DNA of 64,000 nucleotides from Chrysomallon squamiferum (Eukaryota; Animalia; Mollusca): NCBI GenBank assembly GCA_012295275.1, contig CM022671.1, positions 26,970,001 to 27,034,000 of the forward strand, read 5' to 3'. Shown piece by piece: positions 13,353 to 32,601 of this stretch (position 1 is its first letter; each line of letters starts with the position of its first letter). The notes under the pieces were generated by a model. It saw only the letters and a program-made list of their open reading frames with translations, ran no database searches and was not told where the DNA came from. The position numbers and the translations under genes were made by a program.

Positions 13353-14144
13353 TCAAAGTGGTTCCCAGCCACAGACGGAAGAACAAGGTGTGCCGTCTCC
13401 ACCAATACATTTTCCCAGTCTGCAGTTGAAGTTGGTGTAGCAGTGCTGACCCTTGTTGACGGTCAAGCCACACACGTAGCAGATACAAGACTCAGCAAGA
13501 CACTGGAAGTGATCAGAACATGGCTCCCCGTCCTCCTTTCTGAAATCACACGTACTAAGTATGTCTACGGTCACGTGAAAACTACCACGTGACAGTAACC
13601 ATGTACGTGCTTCCAGCAGTAGCCCTCTGTGCCAAAAACAACGTAGCGTTAAAACAGTTAAAACGTACTAAGTAACCCGTGCTTCCAGCAGTAGCCCTCT
13701 GTGCCAAAAACAACGTAGCGTTAAAACAGTACTTGTGTGGTCATCATGTCTACGGTCACGTGATGAAAACTATTACCGCGTGACAAAAGATATTGTAATT
13801 GCATGACTAGCTAGATTACAAAAGAAACCTTGATTACATAATGAACAGATTCAAATGAAACTGATTTCATGATTAAACAAATTGAAAAAAAGACTACAAT
13901 CAAACAAGTGTCTAAGTGACGACAAAGACCATCAAAGTGGTGACAGATTCTATAATTAGTGTAAGTCATAAGAATAACTGCAACAACAATAATGAAATCG
14001 TAACAATAATGGCATCAATAGTAATAATAAATAGTTCTCACTGTTTCCACAATCAGAGTGTTTTTCACAAGGGATCCCAAAACCCACAGATTTCTGAACA
14101 GTCAACATAAGGACAGTCACAGTTATATAAAACATTGTCATCAT
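13353..14144 (-). CDS. Small secreted cysteine-rich protein; last exon disrupted by a 113-bp insertion (pseudogene or splice-rescued)
   Basis: Exon 14144-14042 encodes MMTMFYITVTVLMLTVQKSVGFGIPCEKHSDCGN, with a signal-like N-terminus and donor GTGAGA. The ancestral exon from 13698 encodes KGYCWKHGLLSTCDFRKEDGEPCSDHFQCLAESCICYVCGLTVNKGQHCYTNFNCRLGKCIGGDGTPCSSVCGWEPL* once the insertion is removed. A candidate 5'UTR exon donor GTGAGT lies at 14366. Confidence 0.72.
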
Positions 14145-14170
14145 GTCTGAAATAATATAATAATAATAAT

Positions 14171-14279
<109 letters not shown>

Positions 14280-15914
14280 TGCAGTTAATTTCTTGACGTA
14301 CAGAAATATTCATATAACATAAATATACATACAAGCACAAAAAAAAACTAGAATACAACTACTCACATATACAACTGATGATGATGTTGTCGTTTTTGAT
14401 AATGTTGAATAATCACACAGACACAGGCCCACGCACACAGACACACAGAGAGAGAGATATATATAAACACAAATATATACACAAAAACAATTTTAAAATG
14501 ACTGTCAAACGTACACAGATGTGTGACATCTCGATATCCCAGCTGATGTGATGTTTTTTGATTTACGAAATATCATTCTAAAATATAGCAACCAGTAACA
14601 CTGCAGCTTCTAAACATACATATATAGATCATAATAATAATAATAAGAAGAAGAAGAAGTACATCGTTTTTGTTTTGTTTTCAGATTTTGTTTCGTTATT
14701 TATAGATATATAGAGAATTCTAGAATAACAATGTAAACTATACATACATACATATATATATATAGTTTACATTGTTATTCTAAAATTCTCTTTGTCTATA
14801 GTTTAACTTGTAATTCTAGAATATTCGGGGTTTTCACAGTCTGACGTGTCATTCTAGAGTACAACCTGTCTTCAGTTTGCCCTGTGGATCTACAGTTTGT
14901 CTACTATGTACACAGACGTGGCAGTCTACCTCGCATTTCTCTACACAGTTCTACCCCATGGCCGTAACTACATTGAGGAAAATGAGGAAAATGAGGCTAA
15001 TATCTCATACCGAAACTTTTTTATATACAAAGATTTTATTTAAAAAAAATATAAAATATATTAAACGAATTTTAAAAATTCTATTCCGATAAAAAGGATA
15101 TCCGCTGAATGAATTCGTTTATGTCTGCTGTTACCGTTTGAAGTCTAATGACATATTGCGATGAAAGACATAACTGACTTCAAAGACATCATTTTATTTT
15201 ATTTTATTTATTTATTTATTTTTTTTTTTTTTTGCCTCGCACCTTTTTCCATTCCAGGATAAAATTTCAAATAGTTTATGCAAATGCAAAAAAAAAAAAA
15301 ACGTGAATATGTGCATAATAAATAATCTTGCCTGACTATATATAATTTTACCAGTACGTGTGTTTGTCTGTGTGAATTTATGTGTATATGTGTGTATGTG
15401 TGTGTATATATGATTTGTATGTGTATGTTTGTGTGTGTATAGAAATGCAAGATTAAAGTATTTTATTATAATTAAAAGTTTAACCAACTACTGCTTTATT
15501 ATTTTTGAAAAAATCAAAATAAAATTTTTTTTCCCTGAAACTCAATATTTTTATAAAACATTTTACACTGAAATATAAAAATTGTTTCATCAGCGTATAA
15601 ACTGCTTTTCCATGTATTTTCTCTGCCATGTGTTTCTTGTGGGTACGCAAAGTTCTCTCTTTTTTAAAATAATTTATATTTCTCGAATCGTCTTCTTAAC
15701 AATTTCAACCGAAAGCAACAAAGCAAATCTGTGAATCGTAGAGAAAATCAGCGGAAATCTACGAGAAATCCTAAGAACCCTATGGAATAACAATAAATAT
15801 ACATACACACATACCTACATACATACATACATACATACATATATACATACATACATACATACATACAAACATACATACATACATCGTATTAGATTAATTT
15901 ATTATTTAACCTTA

Positions 15915-16910
15915 TTAAATCATTACTAAACACTGGTTGTGTAAGTTTTTTTCTATCGTAGTCGGCTGAAGTCTTCCATTTGCACTTATATTGTTAAATG
16001 CTAATAACAGTTCAGCATAAACTGGAGGTAGTGAACCTAAATCACGTTTTTCATGTTTCATAATTAAAAACACTTTCTTTCTGTTGCATGTTACTTCGTC
16101 GTAAAAGAAAATAAGTGAGCACGTCAATATTTGGGAATTTAAGACCTCCTTTATTAGCTTTTCCAATTATTCTGTTATATTTTATTTGAGATATTTTTTC
16201 ATCCCATAAAAAATCCAATGTCGCTATCACTTTCGCTGTTTTTCTGTTCATCGCTGATAAACACTGACATTCATCTTCTTTTCTGCAACACTTTTCGCAT
16301 ACAAAAGTTTTTAGTCAATTTCTTGCAGAATGTCCTTTTTCAATGCAATAATGACATTATATTTGGGCAATTCTTGAGTATATGACTGTCAGCCATACAG
16401 TTGTAACATGCTTTCAGTTGATTATCGTGTAAAACACGAAAATACTCTATTCCTTCACTTGTTTTAAACTTCATAGAGTATGGTAAATTTTTTGTGTCCG
16501 GTGGAAATTTTACTCTGACAAATTGTGTTCCATCAGCAATTTTGGTGTCTTTATAAAATCGTTTATAAATAGGTGTTAAGATTTCTATTTTCAGTTATCT
16601 TAGTTTTCATTCTATGATTTCCTCATCTATGTACGCTGGTAAATATAAGAATGATACAGCTGCAGTGTCAGAATGTAACACTATAGCTTTCATTCTTATT
16701 CCTTTCAATTCCAATCCTTCATTTTCTGCAATCATTCTCGCATGTATAATATCATTAGGAGTTACTTCATATATGTCCGATCCTTTCGGTACACAATCAT
16801 AATTTCAACACCAGTCTGGCCACTTATGTAATCAGTTATGTCGCTGGCCACTTATGTAATCAGTTATGTCGTCTTTTTTTTTTTTTTTTTTTTTATAATT
16901 ATCTATTTCA
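15915..16910 (-). mobile_element. Decayed, internally deleted L1/Tx1-type non-LTR retrotransposon (ORF1 with CCHC knuckle plus an ORF2 fragment)
   Basis: Minus-strand translation gives SFLYLPAYIDEE..., IADGTQFVRVKFPP...YFRVLHDNQLKACYNCMADSHILKNCP (CX2CX4HX4C) and FLWDEKISQIKYNRIIGKANKGGLKFPNI. Stops and frameshifts are present. Confidence 0.75.
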
Positions 16911-17042
16911 TTTGCTGATATTTTCTTATTGCGAATGGGAATGCGAAAACCAGGTTATCTGCAATTTACTGGAGCGTCGGTTATTGCGATATGAAATATC
17001 ACGTGTACGTCTTAATACTTTTATCAGAAAGCTCAGTTACTC

Positions 17043-17115
17043 GGTTTCGTGGTGTAGTGGTTATCACGTCTGCTTTACACGCAGAAGGTCGCGAGTTCGA
17101 GCCTCGCCGGAACCT
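17043..17115 (+). tRNA. tRNA-Val-TAC: tRNA-Val (anticodon TAC)
   Basis: Full cloverleaf GGTTTCG...TCTGC TTTACAC GCAGA...GCGAG TTCGAGC CTCGC CGGAACC with A and B boxes and a downstream T4. Confidence 0.92.
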
Positions 17116-17200
17116 TAATTAACATTTTACTGCAAATATATCTTTCTGTTTTTAAATAAGGAGAAGAGTAATATTTTGTAAAAAAAAGGAAAGAAAGAGA

Positions 17201-17481
17201 AGGTTTCGGCGAGGCTCGAACTCGCGACCTTCTGCGTGTTAAGCAGAGGTGATTTTTTTTTTTTTTATCTTTATTAGTATAATCACCAGTTGTACACAAT
17301 TAAAATAACATTAAAACTGTAAATAACAATACACTCACATGCACGCATACTTATTTATTCAGAATATTCATATATATGTACAGTATTTTATAGTATTAAT
17401 TCTTTTATCCATTTCCATAATATATCTATATTGATTATTTGTAGCTTTCCAAAGACGTGATAACCACTACACCACGAAACC
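17201..17481 (-). pseudogene. tRNA-Val(AAC) gene split by a retro-insertion
   Basis: The 5' part (17481-17453) and 3' part (17253-17201) match the intact AAC genes and are separated by 199 bp. Confidence 0.9.
17254..17452 (-). mobile_element. 5'-truncated non-LTR retrotransposon 3' end with AATAAA and poly(A), flanked by a 9-bp TSD
   Basis: Minus strand reads ATCACGTCT [short open frame WKATNNQY...ILNK*, 3'UTR, AATAAA, poly(A)] ATCACCTCT. Confidence 0.8.
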
Positions 17482-18595
17482 GTTGTTTTTTACGCTAAAA
17501 ATAAAATGTAAAAATATTATTATTATTCAGATTATTTAATTTGCTTCATATACAGTTGATGCAACATTACATGCTTGATAACCACTTACTAATGTAATAT
17601 TAGATGTTAATGGCATATGGCTGTATTCGATATAATAACTATTAATTTATTATCTATTCAATGAAACATTATTAAATATATTTCTAAATTTAATTCAGTT
17701 TAACGATCTAAAAAGTATTTATTTATTTCTTTTTTTTTCTTTGTTTTTTGTTTTTTCTTTCCTTTTTTTTTTTTTTTTTTTTTCTTACAATTTCGTCAGA
17801 TTTCAACTGACATTTCTACCGGAACGTTTCTTATTTCTAGTTTAATTTAATTTCCTTAACAGCTTTATTGATTAATACTTGATAATGTAGGCTTCGTGCT
17901 GTGGTGGTTATTATGTCTGCTATACACGCATTTTGTTAAAACCAAAGTTTCAGTTTGGTGAAATTACCACAGAGTCGTGAACGGAGAAAGCTAGATTAAC
18001 AATGAACACTCAAAGTTAAATGTGCCTGAGCAAATTTAACAGTCGTAAACCAGTACAAGCCTTTGGAAGATATAGAAGACATGAAGATATAAAAAAAAAA
18101 TTCTCATTAGAAGACAAATCGACGAAAAGGCTGTGTAATGTGTATCTGGATTTAAACTGTTAAATAGATTTCATGACTCTGTAAAAGGTATAAGATTAAT
18201 GAAATGACACAGAGTCAGGTTTAGTCTTTGCTGTAAACAGATTCTAATCAGAATAAACAACGAATACGATCTAGCAGAAGGGTTGTGAAAACTTCTTATA
18301 TCGACAGTTTCAAAGTAAACAGAATACAGTTTAGTCTTTTTTATCTCCCTTTATATGCTACTATATAATGTCATTTCTTAGAGTATATTTTTCAGCGATC
18401 TGTTGTTTAGATCTTTTAATGTAATAAAGAAACAAATGATTTAAAGTAAATTAATAAAGGAAGGAAGAAAAAAAATAGAGGCTTCGGCTAAATGTAAACT
18501 TATAATAACATTCTTTTGAAGTAAGTGTAATTATGTATTTGATTGAAATTATTTGTTTGCATTTATATTAAATAATTACACCATTGTATATGTTC

Positions 18596-18680
18596 TGAAT
18601 CCATACCGCTAATCTTTTCTTCCACCTTTTGTGTTTCTTTTACCCCCAAAGGGGGGCCTTTTAGCCAAACTACCCTTCAG
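18596..18680 (-). mobile_element. Putative 5'UTR and start codon remnant of the Tx1-like element
   Basis: Same sequence as the region upstream of the ORF1 ATG in the 45.8-46.2 kb and 50.7-51.1 kb relics. Confidence 0.5.
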
Positions 18681-18740
18681 CTTTTATCAGAGTAATATTT
18701 GTATTTTGTTTCAAGTTTTTATTGTTTCACGGATCTCAAC

Positions 18741-18792
18741 GGTTTTTTGGTGTAGATGTTATCTCGTCTGCTTGACAAGTGTCGGTGGAACC
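18741..18792 (+). pseudogene. Degenerate tRNA-Val (GAC-like loop, T-arm deleted)
   Basis: ggttttttggtgtagatgttatctcgtctgcttgaca...ggaacc; paralogous copies at 32544, 46235 and 51180. Confidence 0.65.
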
Positions 18793-19707
18793 TAATAGTA
18801 GCATGGACCAACAGGAACGATAACTCGTAACGGCACAAATTACGTTACCGGAAAAAATGCCTACAGAATTTAATGGGTGCAAACTACACCTGAATGTTCG
18901 GGGAACATTGCCAATTAGAAAAGTTAATACATTAATCTTATACCGAATTACAATTTTAATTTATTATGCATGTATTTATAGAAATATAATCCAGTTTGAA
19001 AAGTATGATTAAGATGAAAAAGTAGTTACGAAAGCTCATGGAAACTTACAAGATGGCAGAGTCGAACGCCGATCAGTGTTTACAAACTTTTAAAAACATA
19101 TTCCTTCATAATGCAATCAATTCTACATGGATTATTAAAAATAATTTAGGGAAATATATCATTTAATCAAAGTCTCATATACATAGATGTCTATTATTGA
19201 GTCGAAATTGCTGCAAACGTCGAAACAAAATTTCCTTTTTCTTCTGGTAACTTTGACATCATACCTTCTCGTACATGTTTCATACTATATTTTGTTTTCA
19301 GTCATTAAGAAAAAAAAAACCACTTTCCACTGTTTCAGCGGGACTTCCACTGTCAGCTTCATCCAGAATTCTTATTCTGTGTCTTACTTTTTTCTGTTTC
19401 ACTTTGTTCCTCATCACATCACAACTCGTGAACTCGTAAAGCAGACGTGATAACTTTAAAAAAAATAAAATAATATTTATTCAATAAATGGCAGATTTTA
19501 CAAATATTTTCAAACAAAATAGATAAAATTTAACAACAATATTTCCTATATTTCCTATTATACTGATAGTATAATTGATTCAAAATATCTTTATTTTATT
19601 ATGTTTGAGAGATACTGACTGTTACTGTCAGTCTTCAAGAGGATACATGTATTTTAAAAGATTATCTTTTAAAGTTATATAAATATTGTTTTCTATACAT
19701 TTGCGAA

Positions 19708-19796
<89 letters not shown>

Positions 19797-19982
19797 TTCA
19801 AATGACAAAGAGACACTAGTATAGAAATAACCTTTCAAAATGTCATTTATTTATTTAATTATTTATGGTACTCGGAAACATTTCAATTGAAAATGTGAAA
19901 ATATCTACGGACTGCCCTTTTTTTACAGCAACCTTTCCAAACATCGGAAATGATTAGACAAAATATATAAAATAGTAATGTA

Positions 19983-20019
<37 letters not shown>

Positions 20020-20092
20020 AGGTTCCGGCGAGGCTCGAACTCGCGACCTTCTGCGTGTGAAGCAGACGTGATAACCACTACACCACGAAACC
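20020..20092 (-). tRNA. tRNA-Val-CAC: tRNA-Val (anticodon CAC)
   Basis: Intact cloverleaf on the minus strand with loop TTCACAC and a long oligo-T terminator downstream. Confidence 0.92.
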
Positions 20093-20381
20093 TGCGTATA
20101 TGTTATATGTAAATAGTATCACGTAGTTCAGTCAATAAATATAACATCAGTAGCTTAACTAAAGTCAATGGACAGTAATTTTGTGTTAATTCTAAATAAT
20201 ATTAGTTCAAATCTGTAAAACCTGAGTACTTCTCCTTCATATATTGTCGTCTAGGTGCTGTGGTGCTCTGGCTGGCGCATATTAAAGACTGTGCCTATAA
20301 ATGTCTGTAACATTGTACGTGCAAGAATACTAAAATTTAATGCTGGTGATTCTAGCTTTGTATCACACAGTTTTGTTTAAC

Positions 20382-20454
20382 GGTTTCGTGGTGTAGTGGT
20401 TATCACGTCTGCTTAACACGCAGAAGGTCGCGAGTTCGAGCCTCGCCGAAACCT
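20382..20454 (+). tRNA. tRNA-Val-AAC: tRNA-Val (anticodon AAC)
   Basis: Intact cloverleaf with loop TTAACAC and T5 shortly downstream. Confidence 0.92.
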
Positions 20455-22628
20455 CGTTTATATTTTTCACAATTATTATTAATAATTAATTTTAATAGCT
20501 ATAAATAAACCATCATTTACATTTAATTATAATTTTTTAGTAATTGAAACGTAAGTCTTTAGTGGTTTTATAATTTTATTCTTCATGAAATGTCTTTTTG
20601 ACTTGTTTCTTTGTTCGTTTAGGTCCGTTTTGTTTTATAATAATATTTCAGTAAATATGGACATGGAACATGATTTTTCTTTTTAAATTTTGTATGTTTA
20701 TTTGTTTCTTTCTTTATTCGTTTGTTAATTAATTAAATTACTATATTAATTTATTTATTAGTAGTAGTAACAGTAGTAGTAGCTTCCATTGTAGTAGTAG
20801 TAGAAGCAGCAGTAGTTGTTGTAGTTACAGCAGCAACAGCACATACGAAAAAGAAAACATTCTCCCGATATATCTTTCTCTTTTCTCTTTCTTTAAAAAT
20901 AAAAATAAATAAATAAAATAAATTATCGTTGATAAGGTTACATGATATAATTTCCTTCATGCATAATCTATTTACCTCTACACTGATATTTGATATAGCC
21001 AAAAAAAAAAAAAAGATTCAGAGAGAGACAGACAGATCCAACAATGCAACTGATAGCTGTCGTGACATTTTCATTTAAGTAAATAGTCTTAACTGTGTCT
21101 ATAAAATTCAAACTGTGAATCGGAAAGTGAATATAAGTAATTTTATTTTTATTGTTGTTGTTCTTATTCTTATTGTTCTTGTTCGTGTTTGTGTTTTTTT
21201 TTTTGGGGGGGGGTATTAATATTTCTCTTGTGGTGTTGATGGTATTACTATTAATTATTATTATAACTGTTGTTGTTATCATTATTTTCATCATGTTCAT
21301 CATCACTGTGATCATCATTGTATTCTCCATCAACAGCTCAAACAGCGCAAGAGAAAGCACGAAAATGTTCAAAACAGACTAAAGATTTTCAGTTAGGACA
21401 TCAAATAAAGATTTGTAACAGTAATATCTCACATTATAACTCTTATTATATTTAGAAATAAAATAAAATATAATTAAATAAAATGAAACAAACTTGGACT
21501 AAAAGGTTTAAGTAGTGAATATGATAATGCAATCTCAGATATTTACTAATGTAGCGTATATCAAAGTAAATACGGTAAGACATAAATGTGCAGTTTTACT
21601 AGAATATACCAAGATTGTGTTTATCAAATGATATCAGTGATAATTTACATGTTATATGACTCTCAGCTGCTGTCATAATTCTACACCGGAGTAAACATAG
21701 AAATAACCTTTAACCTTTGTTAGAAATAACACAAACAAAACACGTTAAGCTTACAGTCTATCTTCGTTTTAGGACAACGTACTTACATATCTCATTAGCG
21801 GATGCATTTATGTGTGGGCTGACTGTGGGTTTTGCTGTGACACAAAACTTTCCATTTATTTTACACACGTACATGAAGAAATATTTTACCACCACTATAG
21901 CTACTGCTGCTGCTACTGTTACTACTACTACTACCACAACTACTACTACTGCTTCTATTACAGCTATTGCTGCTGCAATTGCCACCACTACTACCACTAT
22001 GTTGGTGATAATGTTGATGATAACGATGACGACGACGATAACGGTGATTTTTTTGTACAGATAACATACCCAACTACCATTGTTTTCTTTCATATTATCT
22101 TCTTTCTTTCTTTTTTTTTAAAGTAATTCTTTTCTCTTTCTTTTACCCTCTCATTTTATTATTTTTCAAGCTGGAAATAATGTGATGTTCAAAGACTGAT
22201 AAAAATTTAAAAGCTAGATTCAGTTTAACAACTTTTCTTTGATTTATTTGCTCGAGGCAAATCATTAGCCACTGAATAAGAAAAAGTAGAAAAATTATGT
22301 AAAAATAATAAAAAATAAAAGGCAAATAAAAAGTAATGAAAAGTAAGATCAACGTACATGAGTGTGAATTAAAATACATTTTTACAGCAAGACCAAAAGC
22401 AGCTAACTGAAAGGGAAAAAACAAGACAGTAATAATAATAATAATAATGATAATAATATTAATAATAACAACAACATTATTAATAATAATAGTATAATAA
22501 CAATAATAATAAAAACATAATAATAATAAAAACATAATAATAATAAAAAGTAAAATATCAATAAATAAATATATATTTATATTATTATTTTATTTTATTT
22601 ATTTTTTTTAATTGTTTGTTTTATATTT

Positions 22629-22664
<36 letters not shown>

Positions 22665-22827
22665 GTTTTTTTTTTTTTTTTTTTTTTTTGTTGTTCTTTA
22701 TATATTTACTGTTGGCGTTGTTTCATATTACAAAATCCATTATTGTCTCACTATCTGAACCTACATAGTTGGGTATTAATTATCTGTTGAGTGGAGAAGA
22801 AGGTCATCAAGTAAAGTCACAATTTAG

Positions 22828-22864
<37 letters not shown>

Positions 22865-22994
22865 TAACAGGACACAAAGTCACAACGTACATGTGTTTGT
22901 ATTTGTAGGGTATAATTATGAGGCAGTAGACGAAACATCACTGAACCGTCAACCGACTGAGACTAAAACTCACTAACATTATTACTGGATTTTT

Positions 22995-23029
<35 letters not shown>

Positions 23030-24136
23030 TGCGTTTGTGTTTTGTCTTTTTTGTTGTTGTTTTTTTGTCCGTAATTCTTTTTCTCCTCCTGTGATAGTTT
23101 CCCCTAGAATCAGTTATTTATGTGTAATTTAATTTAATTTAACATTTATTATACCTCTGCGGTTATTATTAAATGTGAATGCAGTTCAGAACACAACAAA
23201 GATTTATGTTTCATCTGTAAACAAATGTAATCTCATTTCAGAGTTTATCTGCTTTTCTACCTTTGTTTATGATAACAGTTAAACTCTGTTTGTTTAGTTT
23301 ATCAACGACTGAAGAAAAAAAATCCGGTTCAGTATATTTGAACACAAGTACTGAACTGTAATGGTATATGTTGAAATTAGTACGTAAATCCCAGATACAA
23401 CTAGGTGCCTTCATAAATTACGTAGATGTGAAAAATGATATTGTTTTTAATTACCTCTTTCCTGTTTGAACCTTTTGGACATCATATAACTCCAGTGTAG
23501 ATCGAACCCATGCTGCACACGATCTTTGCTGTCCTGTTTACAGAAGGTTTGTATAAAACATATCTTTCTGCTCATTGTTTGTATTGATCTTAGTCGTATA
23601 CAAATACTTGATGCAATGATACCGCCGTTGATTAAGCATCTGTTGAGAGTACGGTTGAATAAATAAATAAATAAATAAATAAATAATCAAATTAAAAAAA
23701 AATTTAAAAAAAAAAAAAAAACCACTAAAAAAGACCACACCAGTACTTTCGAAATAAATATCAAAAATAATAATAACATTACATTATGCCAAAAAATTCA
23801 ATTTTAATAGATAAGTAAATAAATAGAAACAGAAAACGACGCAATATAAAATCAATAATTATGAAATATAAAATGAATAATTATGAAGGGAACAATATAA
23901 CTTTTTTTTTTTTTATTCTTTTTAACGTCATGCGTCAGTAACAGACTGTTTTGAATACCACGTGTTGAAAAGGAGCAAGTAGTGAAGAAAATAAAATCCA
24001 CAATTTTATAACGAGTTTTCTAACAGCTATCTTGATAACGGAAGAAAAAAAGAAACCTGCACAGACACAGCCAGTTAAATTTTGACTGTAGACAAAACTA
24101 CGTTAAAGGAAAACGTGTAGGTCACTGAACACGACA

Positions 24137-31163
<7,027 letters not shown>

Positions 31164-31672
31164 AACTGAATTAATTCGAAAACACGTAGAATGCTGTAAC
31201 ACTTAGAATCGATTTAAAACCATTAATGATAAAGGGTAGAGTTACATTTTATAACAGCGTCCACTGACTCAGGGAGGTGCATTTTTAAATAGCGTAATTT
31301 AGTGTATAAAGTAAATTTTAAAAACTGTTGTCTAGAATGTCATTTTAGAGAACTTTGGTTATTGTATGAACTAGTTCAATTATATTTTTAAAAAGCTCTA
31401 GTGAAGTAAAGTATTTAATTTTGATATGCCCTTCCTGAAGAAAAAACATCAAACAAACAAAAACATATCTATCTGTCTACCTATATTTCTATCTATCTAT
31501 CTAGTTTTCTATCTGTCTATCCGTCTATCTCTATAGTACTTAATAATTTAGGAATAAAATTTAATCGATCGAAAAATATTTTAAGAAATAAAGACATATA
31601 TTCCCAAAACGTATTTTGGTCTATAATTTGTTTCATTTTCAAATAAGCCAGATTGCATTTAGAATTATGAAA

Positions 31673-31705
<33 letters not shown>

Positions 31706-31759
31706 TATGTTTTTCTGAGTGATAATGGAGAGGGAAGCAGAAGCTGGATTTCAAACAGT

Positions 31760-32190
31760 TTAAAATTTGAATGTTTATAGCTTTCAGTTTTTCTTCAGTG
31801 ACTTCATCTTCTGTGTATGCAGGCATGTGCAGAAATGAAACAATAATAGCTTCAGATTAAAAAATTCTTTCCTTCATTTTCAGTTCTTTCAATACTACTT
31901 CTTCGACCATTCTGGCTTGTATAATTTCACTTTGTAATATATTACTTTATAAGCGTCCGATCCTTTCTGTACACCAGCTTTAATTACATCACACACCCAC
32001 TTACACAATCAAGTATGTCGCCTGCTGATATTTTCTTGTTGTCTTCAACATTTATAAAGACTGTGCATTCTTTGTTAATAATCATCTATCGTCAATTTTT
32101 TTTTTTTCTTAAATCCTCTAATCTTTTGTTCCACCTTTTGTGTATCTTTTACCAGAAGCGGGGGGGGTGGATTTTACCCAAACCACCTTA
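31760..32190 (-). mobile_element. Tx1-like relic: 5'UTR plus ORF1 N-terminus
   Basis: Translates to ECTVFINVEDNKKISAGDILDCV... and ISFLHMPAYTEDEVTEEKLKAINI, homologous to the 16-kb relic. Confidence 0.6.
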
Positions 32191-32543
32191 TTATCCAAAT
32201 GTATCCATGATTCTCTGAAGAGCGATGTCATAAATTATGAAATAGAAATCATGAGATACATTGTATCTTTCAGAATTGATCAATTTGTTTTATTTGATTG
32301 CAAACTATGAACTCCCGTATTTCCTGACGTCATTCATGATCAGTGTCCTTCAAGTCTTCTTCTCAAACCGTTGTTGAAGTAAGTGTAATTATGTATTTGA
32401 TTGAAATTGTTTGTTTGCATTTATATTAAATAATTACACCATTGTATATGTTCTGATGGGGAACCGGTTTACGACCTTCGGCTTATATCAGAGTAATATT
32501 TGTATATTTTTTTTCACGTTTTTATTGTTTCACTGATCTCAAC

Positions 32544-32595
32544 GGTTTTGTGGTGTAGATGTTATTTCGTCTGCTTGACAAGTGTCGGTGGAACC
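32544..32595 (+). pseudogene. Degenerate tRNA-Val (GAC-like loop)
   Basis: Paralog of 18741-18792. Confidence 0.65.
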
Positions 32596-32601
32596 TGATA
32601 G

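Noticed and set aside
17254-17452. tRNA intron
   Set aside because: It is not at the canonical 37/38 position, has a poly(A) tail and a duplicated target, and the other copies lack it.
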